From assembly GCA_041396845.1 (NCBI GenBank), contig JAWKXU010000002.1, forward strand, positions 446,519-510,518: a stretch of 64,000 nucleotides of DNA, in the 5' to 3' direction. The DNA comes from Caenibius sp. GTDB lineage: Bacteria; Pseudomonadota; Alphaproteobacteria; Sphingomonadales; Sphingomonadaceae. Below are positions 46,660-56,413 of the stretch, piece by piece. Below the pieces are notes generated by a model, which was not told the DNA's origin, did no database searches, and worked only from the letters and a program-made list of their open reading frames with translations. A program made the translations under genes and the position numbers. Position 1 is the first letter of the stretch. Each line of letters starts with the position of its first letter.

Positions 46660-46887
46660 TCAGTGCCGCTCCAGCGAACTTAACGCCGAATAACTGCCAT
46701 AGCTCGCCACAAAAAACGGCACACAATAGGTCAGCAACAGCTTCCAGACGACCAGATCGTGTGCGCCGGTCAGCACATCGCCCTGATTGATGAGGTTGAG
46801 CAATGTGCCGACAAGCACTGCCACCCAGATCGAACGCTTCAGAACCGGAAAGGTGAAAGTCCGCCTTAAAACCTGCCCCCGGTTCAT
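46660..46887 (-). CDS. NrtS-family small membrane protein
   Basis: 75 aa, two TM segments. ..SIWVAVLVGTLLNLINQGD..LLLTYCVPFFVASYG. Confidence 0.55.
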   Translation of the reverse strand: MNRGQVLRRTFTFPVLKRSIWVAVLVGTLLNLINQGDVLTGAHDLVVWKLLLTYCVPFFVASYGSYSALSSLERH

Positions 46888-47115
46888 CTGTTCATCTCCA
46901 TCAACACAACAATCCTTCCTGCCCGCGTCGCCATTCGTCCACGCAAGCGGCTTCTCTATGTTGTTCTTTTTTCAATTTGGGAAAAATTTTTTTTGACTCT
47001 TGCACATTGCGCCAGTGGAGGTTTGACCACGCGTCGCGCCTTGCCGCATTGCAGCGCAAACGCGCCAGACAGGGTTAATCAAGATTTACCCTCTTGCGTC
47101 TGAATCCCGGGTTAA

Positions 47116-47165
47116 GCACTATGGCTAGTGTGTGGTGACCGGGGGGTATACACTAGACCTTGAAT
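47116..47165. promoter_or_regulatory. two NrdR-box-like sequences in the nrdA leader (weak)
   Basis: GCACTATGGCTAGTGT (47116-47131, 12/16 to acaCwAtATaTwGtgt) and ACACTAGACCTTGAAT (47150-47165, 11/16). Centre spacing is 34 bp rather than the usual ~31-32. Confidence 0.25.
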
Positions 47166-47290
47166 CCGTGGCAGCTCAGTGGGCATCAGACCAGCAGGCG
47201 GATCGAGGTCTTGTTCTTTCCCGTGATCGGCACGACTTGGGGATAGACCGGGGATAAGTAATTCACCGTCTGTCGCCGGATTCGGATAGG

Positions 47291-49447
47291 ATGGATTTTC
47301 GCCTTTCCGAATCGAACACAGTGGGAACGCGTGGCCGGCGCGCATCAAATCAGGTGCACCGGAATGGGGGCGAAGCAATTATGGATTTCAAGAGTGGAGA
47401 TGGTGCTGCGATGGGTCCTGATGCGGAGCTGGATATGGAAGCGGGCGACACCGGCGCCAGCGCCGATACTGCGCCTGAAACATCGGCCAAAAAACCTGCA
47501 AGGGAACCTGTCATGGCAATGAATTCAGACGATCGTGGCTCTGACGATCTGGTTAGTTCGATGGCCGTTGATGCCATGGCCGCGGCTGCGCGTGCGACTG
47601 CCGAAGCCGACAGCAAGGCTTCCAGCAGCAAGAGCGTGAATGCCCGCCGGTTCGATATCCAGACCGATTCCAGCCGCGATGCCAGGCTGACCGCATTCGG
47701 CAAGGAAACGCTGATTGACCGTTATTTGCTGCCCGGCGAAACTTTCCAGGATCTGTTCGCCCGCGTCGCGGATGCCTATGCCGACGATGCCGGCCATGCC
47801 CAGCGGCTCTACGATTATATTTCCAACCTCTGGTTCATGCCTGCAACGCCCGTGCTGTCCAACGGCGGCACCGGGCGTGGCTTGCCGATTTCCTGCTATC
47901 TCAACTCGGTCGATGACAGCCTCGAAGGCATTGTCGGCACCTGGAACGAAAACGTCTGGCTTGCCAGCCGCGGTGGCGGCATTGGCACATACTGGGGCCA
48001 TGTCCGCGGCATTGGTGAGCCAGTGGGCCTTAACGGCAAGACCAGCGGCATCATCCCCTTCGTGCGGGTGATGGACAGCCTGACGCTGGCCATTTCGCAA
48101 GGTTCGCTGCGGCGCGGATCGGCGGCCTGTTATCTCGACATCAGCCACCCGGAAATCGAGGAGTTCCTCGAAATCCGCAAACCGTCGGGCGACTTCAACC
48201 GCAAGGCGCTCAACCTGCACCACGGTGTGCTGCTGACTGACGCCTTTATGGAAGCGGTGCGCGATGGCGCCGAATTTGAACTGAAAAGCCCCAAGGATGG
48301 CTCTGTCCGCAGCACTGTGGACGCGCGCAGCCTGTTTCAGAAACTGGTTGAAACACGGCTGGCGACGGGCGAACCCTATATCGTCTTTTCAGATACCGTG
48401 AACCGGATGATGCCCAAGCATCACCGCGACCTGGGCTTGAAGGTTTCAACTTCCAACCTCTGTTCCGAAATCACCCTGCCAACCGGGATCGACCATCTTG
48501 GCAACGATCGCACGGCGGTTTGCTGCCTGTCCTCGCTCAACCTTGAAAACTGGGACGAATGGAACGGCGACAAGCAGTTTATCGAGGATGTCATGCGCTT
48601 CCTCGACAATGTGCTGCAGGATTATATCGACCGCGCGCCGGACGAAATGGCCCGAGCCAAGTATTCGGCTGCGCGCGAACGTTCTGTCGGGCTGGGCGTC
48701 ATGGGCTATCACTCGTTCCTCCAGTCCAAGGGCATCAGCATCGAAAGCGCAATGGCCAAGGCCTGGAACCTCAAGATGTTCAAGCACATCAGCGCCAAGG
48801 TGAACGAGGCATCGACCATGCTCGCGACAGAGCGTGGAGCCTGCCCGGATGCGGCCGAGATGGGCGTGATGGAGCGTTTCAGCTGCAAGATGGCAATTGC
48901 GCCAACGGCGTCGATCAGCATCATCTGCGGCGGCACCAGCGCCTGTATCGAACCGATCCCGGCCAACATCTACACGCACAAGACGCTGTCCGGCAGCTTC
49001 GTGGTGAAGAACCCCTATCTGGAAAAACTGCTGCAAGCCAAATCGAAGGATTCCACCAACGTGTGGAACTCCATTCTGGAACACGGCGGCTCGGTCCAGC
49101 ACCTCGATTTCCTCTCGCCAGAGGAAAAGGCCGTGTACAAGACCAGCTTTGAAATTGACCAGCGCTGGCTCTTGGAGTTTGCCGCCGACCGCGCGCCCTT
49201 TATCGATCAGGCGCAGAGCCTTAACCTCTTCATCCCTGCGGACGTGGAAAAGTGGGATCTCATGCAGCTCCATTTCCAGGCATGGGAAAAGGGCATCAAG
49301 TCGCTCTATTACCTGCGGTCGAAATCGGTGCAGCGCGCTGGCTTTGCTGGCGGGGTCGAGGCCGACAACACCAAGGACGCGCAGAAGTTTGAACTCAGCG
49401 CCGGTGGCGAGCAGACCGATTACGAGGAATGTTTAAGCTGCCAGTGA
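47291..49447 (+). CDS. nrdA: ribonucleoside-diphosphate reductase large subunit (class I, no recognisable ATP-cone)
   Basis: ..STSNLCSEITL.., C-terminal redox tail ..YEECLSCQ. Acidic, Ala/Ser-rich ~100-aa N-terminus. Start may be 47291 or 47381. Confidence 0.9.
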   Translation: MDFRLSESNTVGTRGRRASNQVHRNGGEAIMDFKSGDGAAMGPDAELDMEAGDTGASADTAPETSAKKPAREPVMAMNSDDRGSDDLVSSMAVDAMAAAARATAEADSKASSSKSVNARRFDIQTDSSRDARLTAFGKETLIDRYLLPGETFQDLFARVADAYADDAGHAQRLYDYISNLWFMPATPVLSNGGTGRGLPISCYLNSVDDSLEGIVGTWNENVWLASRGGGIGTYWGHVRGIGEPVGLNGKTSGIIPFVRVMDSLTLAISQGSLRRGSAACYLDISHPEIEEFLEIRKPSGDFNRKALNLHHGVLLTDAFMEAVRDGAEFELKSPKDGSVRSTVDARSLFQKLVETRLATGEPYIVFSDTVNRMMPKHHRDLGLKVSTSNLCSEITLPTGIDHLGNDRTAVCCLSSLNLENWDEWNGDKQFIEDVMRFLDNVLQDYIDRAPDEMARAKYSAARERSVGLGVMGYHSFLQSKGISIESAMAKAWNLKMFKHISAKVNEASTMLATERGACPDAAEMGVMERFSCKMAIAPTASISIICGGTSACIEPIPANIYTHKTLSGSFVVKNPYLEKLLQAKSKDSTNVWNSILEHGGSVQHLDFLSPEEKAVYKTSFEIDQRWLLEFAADRAPFIDQAQSLNLFIPADVEKWDLMQLHFQAWEKGIKSLYYLRSKSVQRAGFAGGVEADNTKDAQKFELSAGGEQTDYEECLSCQ

Positions 49448-49559
49448 TCCTGTCCGTGTCATCCGGCATGGGCTGAAGCGGGGGCGACTGACATTTTCGG
49501 CCTCCCTCGTGGCCCATGTCCACGTTGAACCCGCATAAAGCCTGTGCAATGCCCCTGCC

Positions 49560-50591
49560 ATGCCCGAACACCGGACAAAAATTGGCGTTGCGATAACGGC
49601 TTTTGAAGCCGCTCCGTTCATCGGGGCATGTCTGTCCAGTCTGCTCGCATCACGCGACGTTGATCTGCGCGTCGTGGTTGTCGATAACGCCAGCCCTGAC
49701 GACACGTGCGGAGCCATTCGCCGCTGGGCAGTCGATCATCTGGACCGGGCAGCTTTTACAGAAGCGGAAGCAGACGCCATCGCCTGCACGGATAGCTGGC
49801 TCACACTCCTCAAAAGCCCGGTAAACGGCGGCTTTGCCCATGGCACCAACCGCGCGCTCGAACTGCTGATGGCAGACCCGTCCATCGCGTTGTTCTGGGT
49901 TCTCAATCCCGATTGTGAGGCCCGGCACGATACAGCGGCGCACTATGCAAGGGCAGGGACGGACGGGAACTTCGCACTGATGGGCGGGCGCACGCTCTAT
50001 GCCAACCATCCCGATACGGTCCAGACAGACGGCGGGCGCGTGTCACGCTGGACGGGGGTTTGCCAGTCGGTCAATCTGGGCAAGCCCGCTGCCGACACTG
50101 CCCCGCCCCCCGTCGAAACGCTGGACTTCATTACCGGTGCCAATTGCGTCGCCTCGCGCGCCTTTCTGGAACAGGCCGGGCTTATGGCGGAACACTATTT
50201 CCTCTATTACGAGGAAGTTGATTGGGCGATGCGCCGGGCTGCCTTGCCTTTGCGCCATGTGCCAGAGGCGATCGTGCATCATCTGGCTGGCGCGACAATC
50301 GGCAGCGGAACGCACCAGCGACGCCCGTCAGCCTTTGCCAATTATTTCAATTATCGCAATCGAATGCGCTTTCTTCACCGGTTCAGCCCCCAGTCAGTGC
50401 CGCTCGCGCTGGTTCATGCCGCGGCCAAGGCTGGCCAGCTCATCCTGAAAGGCGCGTGGGACGAAGCAGGCGGGCTGGCGCGTGGCGCTCTCGGCCTCTC
50501 TCCGCCGCGCGCAGTGCGGGCGCGACTTTCAGCAGAGGCGCAAGCCCTCGCCTTTGGCGCAAAATCCAGCGTTAGGGTCAGGACCCATTAA
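49560..50591 (+). CDS. family-2 glycosyltransferase
   Basis: IGVAITAFEAAPFIGACLSSLL..VVVVDNASPDDT. The last 6 codons and the stop lie in the left end of the 269-bp repeat element. Confidence 0.7.
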   Translation: MPEHRTKIGVAITAFEAAPFIGACLSSLLASRDVDLRVVVVDNASPDDTCGAIRRWAVDHLDRAAFTEAEADAIACTDSWLTLLKSPVNGGFAHGTNRALELLMADPSIALFWVLNPDCEARHDTAAHYARAGTDGNFALMGGRTLYANHPDTVQTDGGRVSRWTGVCQSVNLGKPAADTAPPPVETLDFITGANCVASRAFLEQAGLMAEHYFLYYEEVDWAMRRAALPLRHVPEAIVHHLAGATIGSGTHQRRPSAFANYFNYRNRMRFLHRFSPQSVPLALVHAAAKAGQLILKGAWDEAGGLARGALGLSPPRAVRARLSAEAQALAFGAKSSVRVRTH

Positions 50592-50840
50592 CCGCACCTT
50601 TGAGGTTTGAGACAAAATGGTTCATCGCAAGGAGAGAAAGCGCAGGAATATATCGATCTTTCAAGGTTTCTCGACGCTACGATGGGCCGTTTTGACCAAA
50701 TCCCGCAGGGACGGCGGAATGGCTTCCATCTCAAACCGAAATCCGCTTGCAAAGGCAACCAGCCTTCACGGCGCGCATTTCGGCCCGATATGTTCGCCAT
50801 TCGGCCGCCTCGAATGCGTGGCTAATGGGGCCTGACCCTA
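50572..50840. repeat. MITE/REP-like element with 18-bp terminal inverted repeats TAGGGTCAGGMCCCATTA
   Basis: Left 50572-50589 and right 50823-50840, 17/18 complementary. The interior is visibly less GC-rich and has no convincing ORF. Confidence 0.6.
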
Positions 50841-51278
50841 GCGACGTGCGAGCCGCTGGGCCTTATGATCGTGCGGCTGGTTGAGCCGATACTGGTCGCC
50901 CGACTGCACCCAACCCGAATGATCGACCGCGCCGCCTTCGGCCTGGTCCGGGCCTGACAGCCCATTGGTCTTGACCGGCTTTGCCTGAGCCATCGTCATG
51001 CTCCTCTCATCGTCACATCGTTTGCCCGGCCACGTTCAAAGCGGCCAAACAGTCACGCAAGCAACGGCGCGGAGCACAGTCCGGTTCCGCGCCAGTGTCA
51101 CTGTATGCATAATATACGACAAGGTCTTTTCGTCAGATTAATGAAGCGGTTGTGCGCCGTTCATCTACGCAGACAGACTTATCCCAAAATAATCGCCGGC
51201 AGGCTTGCACTCGACAATTCCAATTCGCCCGGTTTTTTCGTATAGTGCGCGGCCAGCCTTTTTGCCCGGAGACACAAC

Positions 51279-52352
51279 ATGTCGTTGCTCGAAGCCCGCA
51301 AGACCTACAAGCCCTTTGAATACCCCTGGGCTTACGAGTTCTGGAAGCGGCAGCAGCAAGTGCACTGGATGCCCGAAGAAGTGCCGCTGGGCGAAGACTG
51401 CCGGGACTGGGCGCAGAAGCTTTCCGACCATGAACGCAACCTGCTGACGCAGATTTTTCGCTTTTTCACGCAGGCCGACGTGGAAGTGCAGGATTGCTAT
51501 CACGAAAAATATGGTCGGGTGTTCAAACCGACCGAAGTGAAGATGATGCTGGCGGCATTTTCCAACATGGAAACGATCCACATCGCGGCCTATTCCCACC
51601 TGCTCGACACGATCGGGATGCCCGAAAGCGAATATGGCATGTTCCTGGAATATCAGGAAATGCGCGACAAGCACGACTATCTCCAGCAGTTCGGCGTTGA
51701 CAGTGATGAAGATATCGCCCGCACGCTGGCCATGTTTGGCGGCTTTACCGAAGGGCTGCAATTGTTCGCCAGCTTTGCGATGCTGATGAACTTCCCGCGC
51801 TTCAACAAGATGAAGGGCATGGGCCAGATCGTGACCTGGTCGGTGCGCGACGAATCGCTTCACTGCGAAGGGATCACGCGCCTGTTCCACGCTTTCACTA
51901 AGGAACGTGGCTGCCTGACCAAGGCCGTGAAGGAAGACATTATCGATTGCTGCCAGAAAACCGTGCGACTGGAAGATGCCTTCATCGACCTCGCCTTTGA
52001 AGATGGCCCGGTGCCGGGCATGACGGCCAAGGAAATCAAGAAATACATCCGCTACATCGCTGACTGGCGGCTGGATCAGCTGGGCTTTGATCCGATCTAC
52101 ATGGTTGACGATCACCCGCTGCCATGGCTCGCCCCACTGCTGAACGGGGTGGAACACGCCAACTTCTTTGAAACCCGCGCGACCGAATACTCAAAGGGCG
52201 CGACCAAGGGCAGCTGGCAGGATGTATGGGCAAACTTCGACAACCGCCGCAAGGCCAGGGCCGCGAACGAGGAAGACCTTACCGACGACGACAGCCCGGA
52301 CATGTTCGGCGATGGCGGGACAGGCAGCGGCCGCGTGCAAGCGGCGGAGTAA
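51279..52352 (+). CDS. nrdB: ribonucleoside-diphosphate reductase small subunit
   Basis: Di-iron ligand helices ..FSNMETIHIAAYSHL.. and ..RDESLHCEGI... Acidic C-terminal tail. Confidence 0.9.
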   Translation: MSLLEARKTYKPFEYPWAYEFWKRQQQVHWMPEEVPLGEDCRDWAQKLSDHERNLLTQIFRFFTQADVEVQDCYHEKYGRVFKPTEVKMMLAAFSNMETIHIAAYSHLLDTIGMPESEYGMFLEYQEMRDKHDYLQQFGVDSDEDIARTLAMFGGFTEGLQLFASFAMLMNFPRFNKMKGMGQIVTWSVRDESLHCEGITRLFHAFTKERGCLTKAVKEDIIDCCQKTVRLEDAFIDLAFEDGPVPGMTAKEIKKYIRYIADWRLDQLGFDPIYMVDDHPLPWLAPLLNGVEHANFFETRATEYSKGATKGSWQDVWANFDNRRKARAANEEDLTDDDSPDMFGDGGTGSGRVQAAE

Positions 52353-52403
52353 ACCTCTGGCTGCCTGACGGGAGAGGCACGAAAGCAACGGCTTCGCCGC
52401 GCC

Positions 52404-53099
52404 TCACTTGCCCTTCGAATCGATCTTCTTCACCGTCGTTTTTTCAGGCGCAATGGAAATGCGGACCGTTTCGCCCGAATTGCCGGGGAAATCGGTGAAC
52501 ATTGCTTCCACCAGATTGGGCACCAGATATTGCAGGCGGTTGGATGTGGACACAGCCTCTGCCTTGCCTTCAAACAGGCGCGCACCATCAGCCTTGCGAT
52601 CAATCTTGAGATCAATGCCGCTGGTGTACACGGTGTAGCTGGTCACTTCCGGGCCGCCGAACCACGGATCATAAAAGCCATAACCCCAGGGGCGGCTGTA
52701 TCCGTAGTAACCGCGCCAATATCCGTTGTAACCATACCACGGCGAAAAGAACGGATCGCGCGCATATCCGGTGGATCGCACGCGTTCCCGCCCGCCATCG
52801 ACACCATAATCAAAGCGCACGATCAGGGTCGCATCGGCAGTGCTGGCAGGTGTATAGCCCAGCTTTTCCATCTGGTCATCGACCAGTTGCGCGTATTGGG
52901 CGAACTCCAGCCCGCCTTCCAGCGCAGGATCATCCGCCACGACAGCAAAGCTCTGGCCCTGTGGGGCGGGAAGCTGGCTCTGGAAGCGGGATACGTCGGC
53001 CTTGAACGGGGTTGTGCAGGCGGCAAGCCCCGCCAGCAGCAAAGGGACAGCAGCCATGGCAAAGCGGCGCGTGATGCCTTTGGTCTTGGTTGTGCTCAC
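52404..53099 (-). CDS. lipoprotein (DUF4136-like)
   Basis: Lipobox LLLAGLAAC. Tyr/Gly-rich middle (YGYNGYWRGYYGYSRPWGYGFY). Confidence 0.5.
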   Translation of the reverse strand: MSTTKTKGITRRFAMAAVPLLLAGLAACTTPFKADVSRFQSQLPAPQGQSFAVVADDPALEGGLEFAQYAQLVDDQMEKLGYTPASTADATLIVRFDYGVDGGRERVRSTGYARDPFFSPWYGYNGYWRGYYGYSRPWGYGFYDPWFGGPEVTSYTVYTSGIDLKIDRKADGARLFEGKAEAVSTSNRLQYLVPNLVEAMFTDFPGNSGETVRISIAPEKTTVKKIDSKGK

Positions 53100-53230
53100 A
53101 GCAATAACTCCCGATCGTGCCGTTCTGTCACCTTACTAGCGCATGTCGGCACGGCTACATAGATGGATCGTTTCATACCAGCGATGGCGTGAACGATGCT
53201 TGAACGCCGCGCACAAGCAAACCAGACCGA

Positions 53231-54247
53231 TCAGCCGCGCACCAGCCCCAGCGCCTTGTAAGTGGCAGCCAGCGTCGGCGCGGCGCGTTCACGCGCCTTG
53301 GCAGCGCCGCGCGCCAGAATGGCGTCGAGCGATTCCCGGTCCGACTTCAGATCGCGGAACCGGGCCGCAATAGGCGCAAGGGATTCTGCCAGCAACTCGC
53401 CCAGTGCAGGCTTGAACTGGCCAAAGCCTTGCCCCCCATATTCGCCCAGGACATCGGCAATGGTCCGCCCCGATACCGCGCCATAGATCGTGACAAGGTT
53501 CAGCGCCTCAGGCCGGCCTTCCAGCCCCGCTTCCTCGCTGGGCAAGGGTTCCGGGTCAGTCTTGGCCTTCTTGATCTTTTTCATGATCGTATCGGCATCG
53601 TCGGCCAGTTCAATCCGGCTCATTTCCGACGGGTCGGACTTGCTCATTTTCTTCGAGCCATCCCGCAGCGACATGATTCGCGCAGCTTCTGGCGGCGTGA
53701 TCGGGTCCGGCAGCGTGAAGACGGGGGCGTCTTCAGGGCAGAAATCGTTGTTGAACTTCTGGGCGATGTCGCGCGCCAGTTCCAGATGCTGCTTCTGGTC
53801 TTCCCCCACAGGCACATGCGTTGCCTGATAGAGCAGGACATCGGCTGCCTGCAGCACCGGATAAGTAAACAGCGCGGCAGATGCGCCTTCGCGGTTTTTG
53901 CCTGACTTGTCCTTGAACTGGGTCATGCGGTTGAGCCAGCCCATGCGCGCGGTGCCGTTCAGCAGCCATTGCAGTTCCGCATGAGCGGGAACCTGTGCCT
54001 GGTTGAACAGGATCGAACGATCAGGGTCGATCCCGCAGGCGACCAGGGCTGCGGCCATTTCCAGCGTACCCGCGTGCAGTTCCGCCGGAACATGCGGCAT
54101 CGAAATGGCATGAAGGTCAGCCAGGAAGAACAGGCATTCGCTGCCCTCCTCCATCGCGTCCTGCATCCGCACCCAGTTGCGGATCGCCCCGAGGTAATTC
54201 CCAAGGTGGAGATTGCCGGTTGGCTGGATGCCGGAAACGATACGCAT
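53231..54247 (-). CDS. trpS: tryptophan--tRNA ligase
   Basis: HIGH-type TGNLHLGNY and KMSKS. Confidence 0.95.
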   Translation of the reverse strand: MRIVSGIQPTGNLHLGNYLGAIRNWVRMQDAMEEGSECLFFLADLHAISMPHVPAELHAGTLEMAAALVACGIDPDRSILFNQAQVPAHAELQWLLNGTARMGWLNRMTQFKDKSGKNREGASAALFTYPVLQAADVLLYQATHVPVGEDQKQHLELARDIAQKFNNDFCPEDAPVFTLPDPITPPEAARIMSLRDGSKKMSKSDPSEMSRIELADDADTIMKKIKKAKTDPEPLPSEEAGLEGRPEALNLVTIYGAVSGRTIADVLGEYGGQGFGQFKPALGELLAESLAPIAARFRDLKSDRESLDAILARGAAKARERAAPTLAATYKALGLVRG

Positions 54248-54252
54248 GACGA

Positions 54253-55857
54253 TCAGGTGCTTTCAGAACTGGTTGCAGATGGTTTTGCAGTGGAACGCCG
54301 CCGCCGTAGCTGGGCAATAAGGTCTTTGTCGAGTGCCCCGGTAAACCACGCCACACTGAAAAAGGTGACGAGGCCGGCGCCAACCAGCACGCCCAGCGAC
54401 CAGACCCGTTCCAGCACATTGCCGCCATAGTGCGCGGACAAAAGCGGCATCAGGAGCCAGAGCGCCAGCGCCATGGCCGCGGTGGAAATGATCTGCCGGG
54501 CAACTTTGCCCCCCAACCGGGCCGTAACATGATACCAGCGGCGCCGGTGCAAAATCGTATAAAGCACCATGACATTGAGCGTCGCGGTAAACGCCGTCGC
54601 CCCGGCAAGGCCGACAATGCCAAAGCGCGGCACAACCACGAAGTTGATTGCGATGTTCACAATCAGCGCGCCCGCAGCCACCCAGACCGGGGTCCGCGTA
54701 TCTTCCCTGCTGAAAAACGCAGGCTGGAAGACCTTGACCAACACGTAGGCGGGCAGGCCAGCGACCAGCGCAATCACGATGTTGGCCATGATCGCGCCGT
54801 CATCGCCCGTCATCTTTCCGCCAACGAAAAAGGCCGTGACAAAGGCCGGCGCGCAGACCGCCAAGGCGGCAGCAGCCGGAAGCGTAAGCAGCAGCCCCAT
54901 CTCGACCGCGTTGGTCTGGAGCCGTTGCGCCTCGCCATGGTTGTCCGTCTGGATATGACGGGCAAGCATCGGCAAAATCGCCGTGCCAAGCGCAATGCCC
55001 ACAATGCCAAGCGGCATCTGGTTCAGCCGGTCGGCATATTTCAGCAGGGTGAGCGAACCTTGCGGCAAAGTGGTGGCAAAGAACGTGTCGACGAACTGGC
55101 TAATCTGGTAAACACCCGCGCCGAACGTGGCAGGCAGGATGAGGATGCCCAGTTTCTTCACCTCCGGCGTCAGGCGCGGCAGTTTGAAGTGAAAGCGCAC
55201 GCCTGTTCCGCGGGCAGCCAGCCAGAGATAGGCAAGCTGCGCGACACCGGCAATCGTCACTGAAACTGCCAGCGCCTTGGCCACGATTATATCGTCCCCG
55301 CCTTCACCGCGCAGATACCAGCCAATGCCAATCCCGCTGATCAGCACGATATTGAGCAAGACGGGTGCGAAGGCCCCCGGCCCGAAGCGGGAGCGGGCAT
55401 TGAGCAGGCCCGAAAGCATGGCCACCAGACTGATAAGCATCAGATAGGGGAAGGTGACCTGGCTCAACAGCACGGAAAGTTCAAACTTGCCGGGCACTTC
55501 CTGAAAGTCGCTGGCGAGCAGCCACACGATCCCCGGCATCGCGATCATGGCCAGCGCGCTGAAAGCAAGAAGCACCCAGATGAAGACGGCAAGGACATCA
55601 TCGGCGAAACGCCCGGCTGCATCCTCTCCGCCCTCGCCATGGAGAGCACGGCTATAGAGCGGCACGAAAGCGACCGAGAACGCGCCTTCGGCAAAAAGGC
55701 GGCGGAAAGTGTTGGGCAGGATAAAGGCGAGCTGGAATGCGTCCGCCGCCATCCCCGCGCCGAGCACGCGCGCCATCAGCATGTCGCGCGCAAAGCCGAA
55801 GACGCGGCTGATCGCAGTCAGCCCGCCAATTGTTCCTACGTTGCGGACGAGGCTCAT
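54253..55857 (-). CDS. murJ: lipid II flippase MurJ
   Basis: ORF 54253..56118, trimmed to ATG 55857. MSLVRNVGTIGGLTAISRVFGFARDMLMARVLGAG. Confidence 0.88.
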   Translation of the reverse strand: MSLVRNVGTIGGLTAISRVFGFARDMLMARVLGAGMAADAFQLAFILPNTFRRLFAEGAFSVAFVPLYSRALHGEGGEDAAGRFADDVLAVFIWVLLAFSALAMIAMPGIVWLLASDFQEVPGKFELSVLLSQVTFPYLMLISLVAMLSGLLNARSRFGPGAFAPVLLNIVLISGIGIGWYLRGEGGDDIIVAKALAVSVTIAGVAQLAYLWLAARGTGVRFHFKLPRLTPEVKKLGILILPATFGAGVYQISQFVDTFFATTLPQGSLTLLKYADRLNQMPLGIVGIALGTAILPMLARHIQTDNHGEAQRLQTNAVEMGLLLTLPAAAALAVCAPAFVTAFFVGGKMTGDDGAIMANIVIALVAGLPAYVLVKVFQPAFFSREDTRTPVWVAAGALIVNIAINFVVVPRFGIVGLAGATAFTATLNVMVLYTILHRRRWYHVTARLGGKVARQIISTAAMALALWLLMPLLSAHYGGNVLERVWSLGVLVGAGLVTFFSVAWFTGALDKDLIAQLRRRRSTAKPSATSSEST

Positions 55858-55882
55858 CGCCTTGTCCTGCCCGGCCCGATTG

Positions 55883-56413
55883 TCAGCCTTCGCCGCCCGG
55901 CGCAGCAGCACCTTCAGCGCCCTGCTGTTCAGCCGCGCGCGCCTGCAACTGCTGGATGTAAAGACCGTTGAAATCGATCGGATCGAGCAGGAGCGGCGGG
56001 AAGCCAGCTTCGCGGACGGCATCGGCCACGACAGCGCGCGCAAACGGGAAAAGGATGCGCGGCGCTTCGGCATAAAGAAACGCGTGTGCCTGTTCATCAG
56101 GCAGGTTGCGCATCCCAACCAGACCGCAATAGGACAGTTCGATCACGTAAACCGTGCCGCTGTCCATCTTGTTGGAGACGTTGATCTTCAGTTCAACTTC
56201 GTGGACTTCGTCATTGATCGGCGTCGCGCCAATGTTGAACTGGACATCCAGATTGGGCTGTTCCTGCCACTGGAAACAGGCAGGTGCATTCGGGTTTTCT
56301 ACCGAAAGGTCTTTCACATACTGGGAAATAATCCCGGCAGCGGGGCTGGTATCGGCACCATTGCCCTGCGGGTTCTGGTTAAGATCGGTAAGAATATCGC
56401 CTTCATTGGCCAT
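55883..56413 (-). CDS. secB: protein-export chaperone SecB
   Basis: Trimmed to ATG 56413. ..IISQYVKDLSVENPNAP..LLLDPIDFNGLY... Confidence 0.88.
   Translation of the reverse strand: MANEGDILTDLNQNPQGNGADTSPAAGIISQYVKDLSVENPNAPACFQWQEQPNLDVQFNIGATPINDEVHEVELKINVSNKMDSGTVYVIELSYCGLVGMRNLPDEQAHAFLYAEAPRILFPFARAVVADAVREAGFPPLLLDPIDFNGLYIQQLQARAAEQQGAEGAAAPGGEG

Noticed and set aside
47100-47290. Cobalamin riboswitch upstream of nrdA.
   Set aside because: There are fragments reminiscent of it (GAATCC.., ..CAGACCAGC..). I could not find a convincing B12 box or the GCCACTG element on the nrdA strand. It needs cmsearch, so it is not called.
50588-50835. ORFs of 70-72 aa inside the 269-bp repeat element.
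   Set aside because: They overlap each other on both strands, are basic and low-complexity, and sit within a probable non-autonomous element.
55858-56118. N-terminal 87 codons of the 621-aa MurJ ORF.
   Set aside because: It overlaps secB on the same strand in another frame. The conserved MurJ start MSLVRNVG.. begins at 55857.
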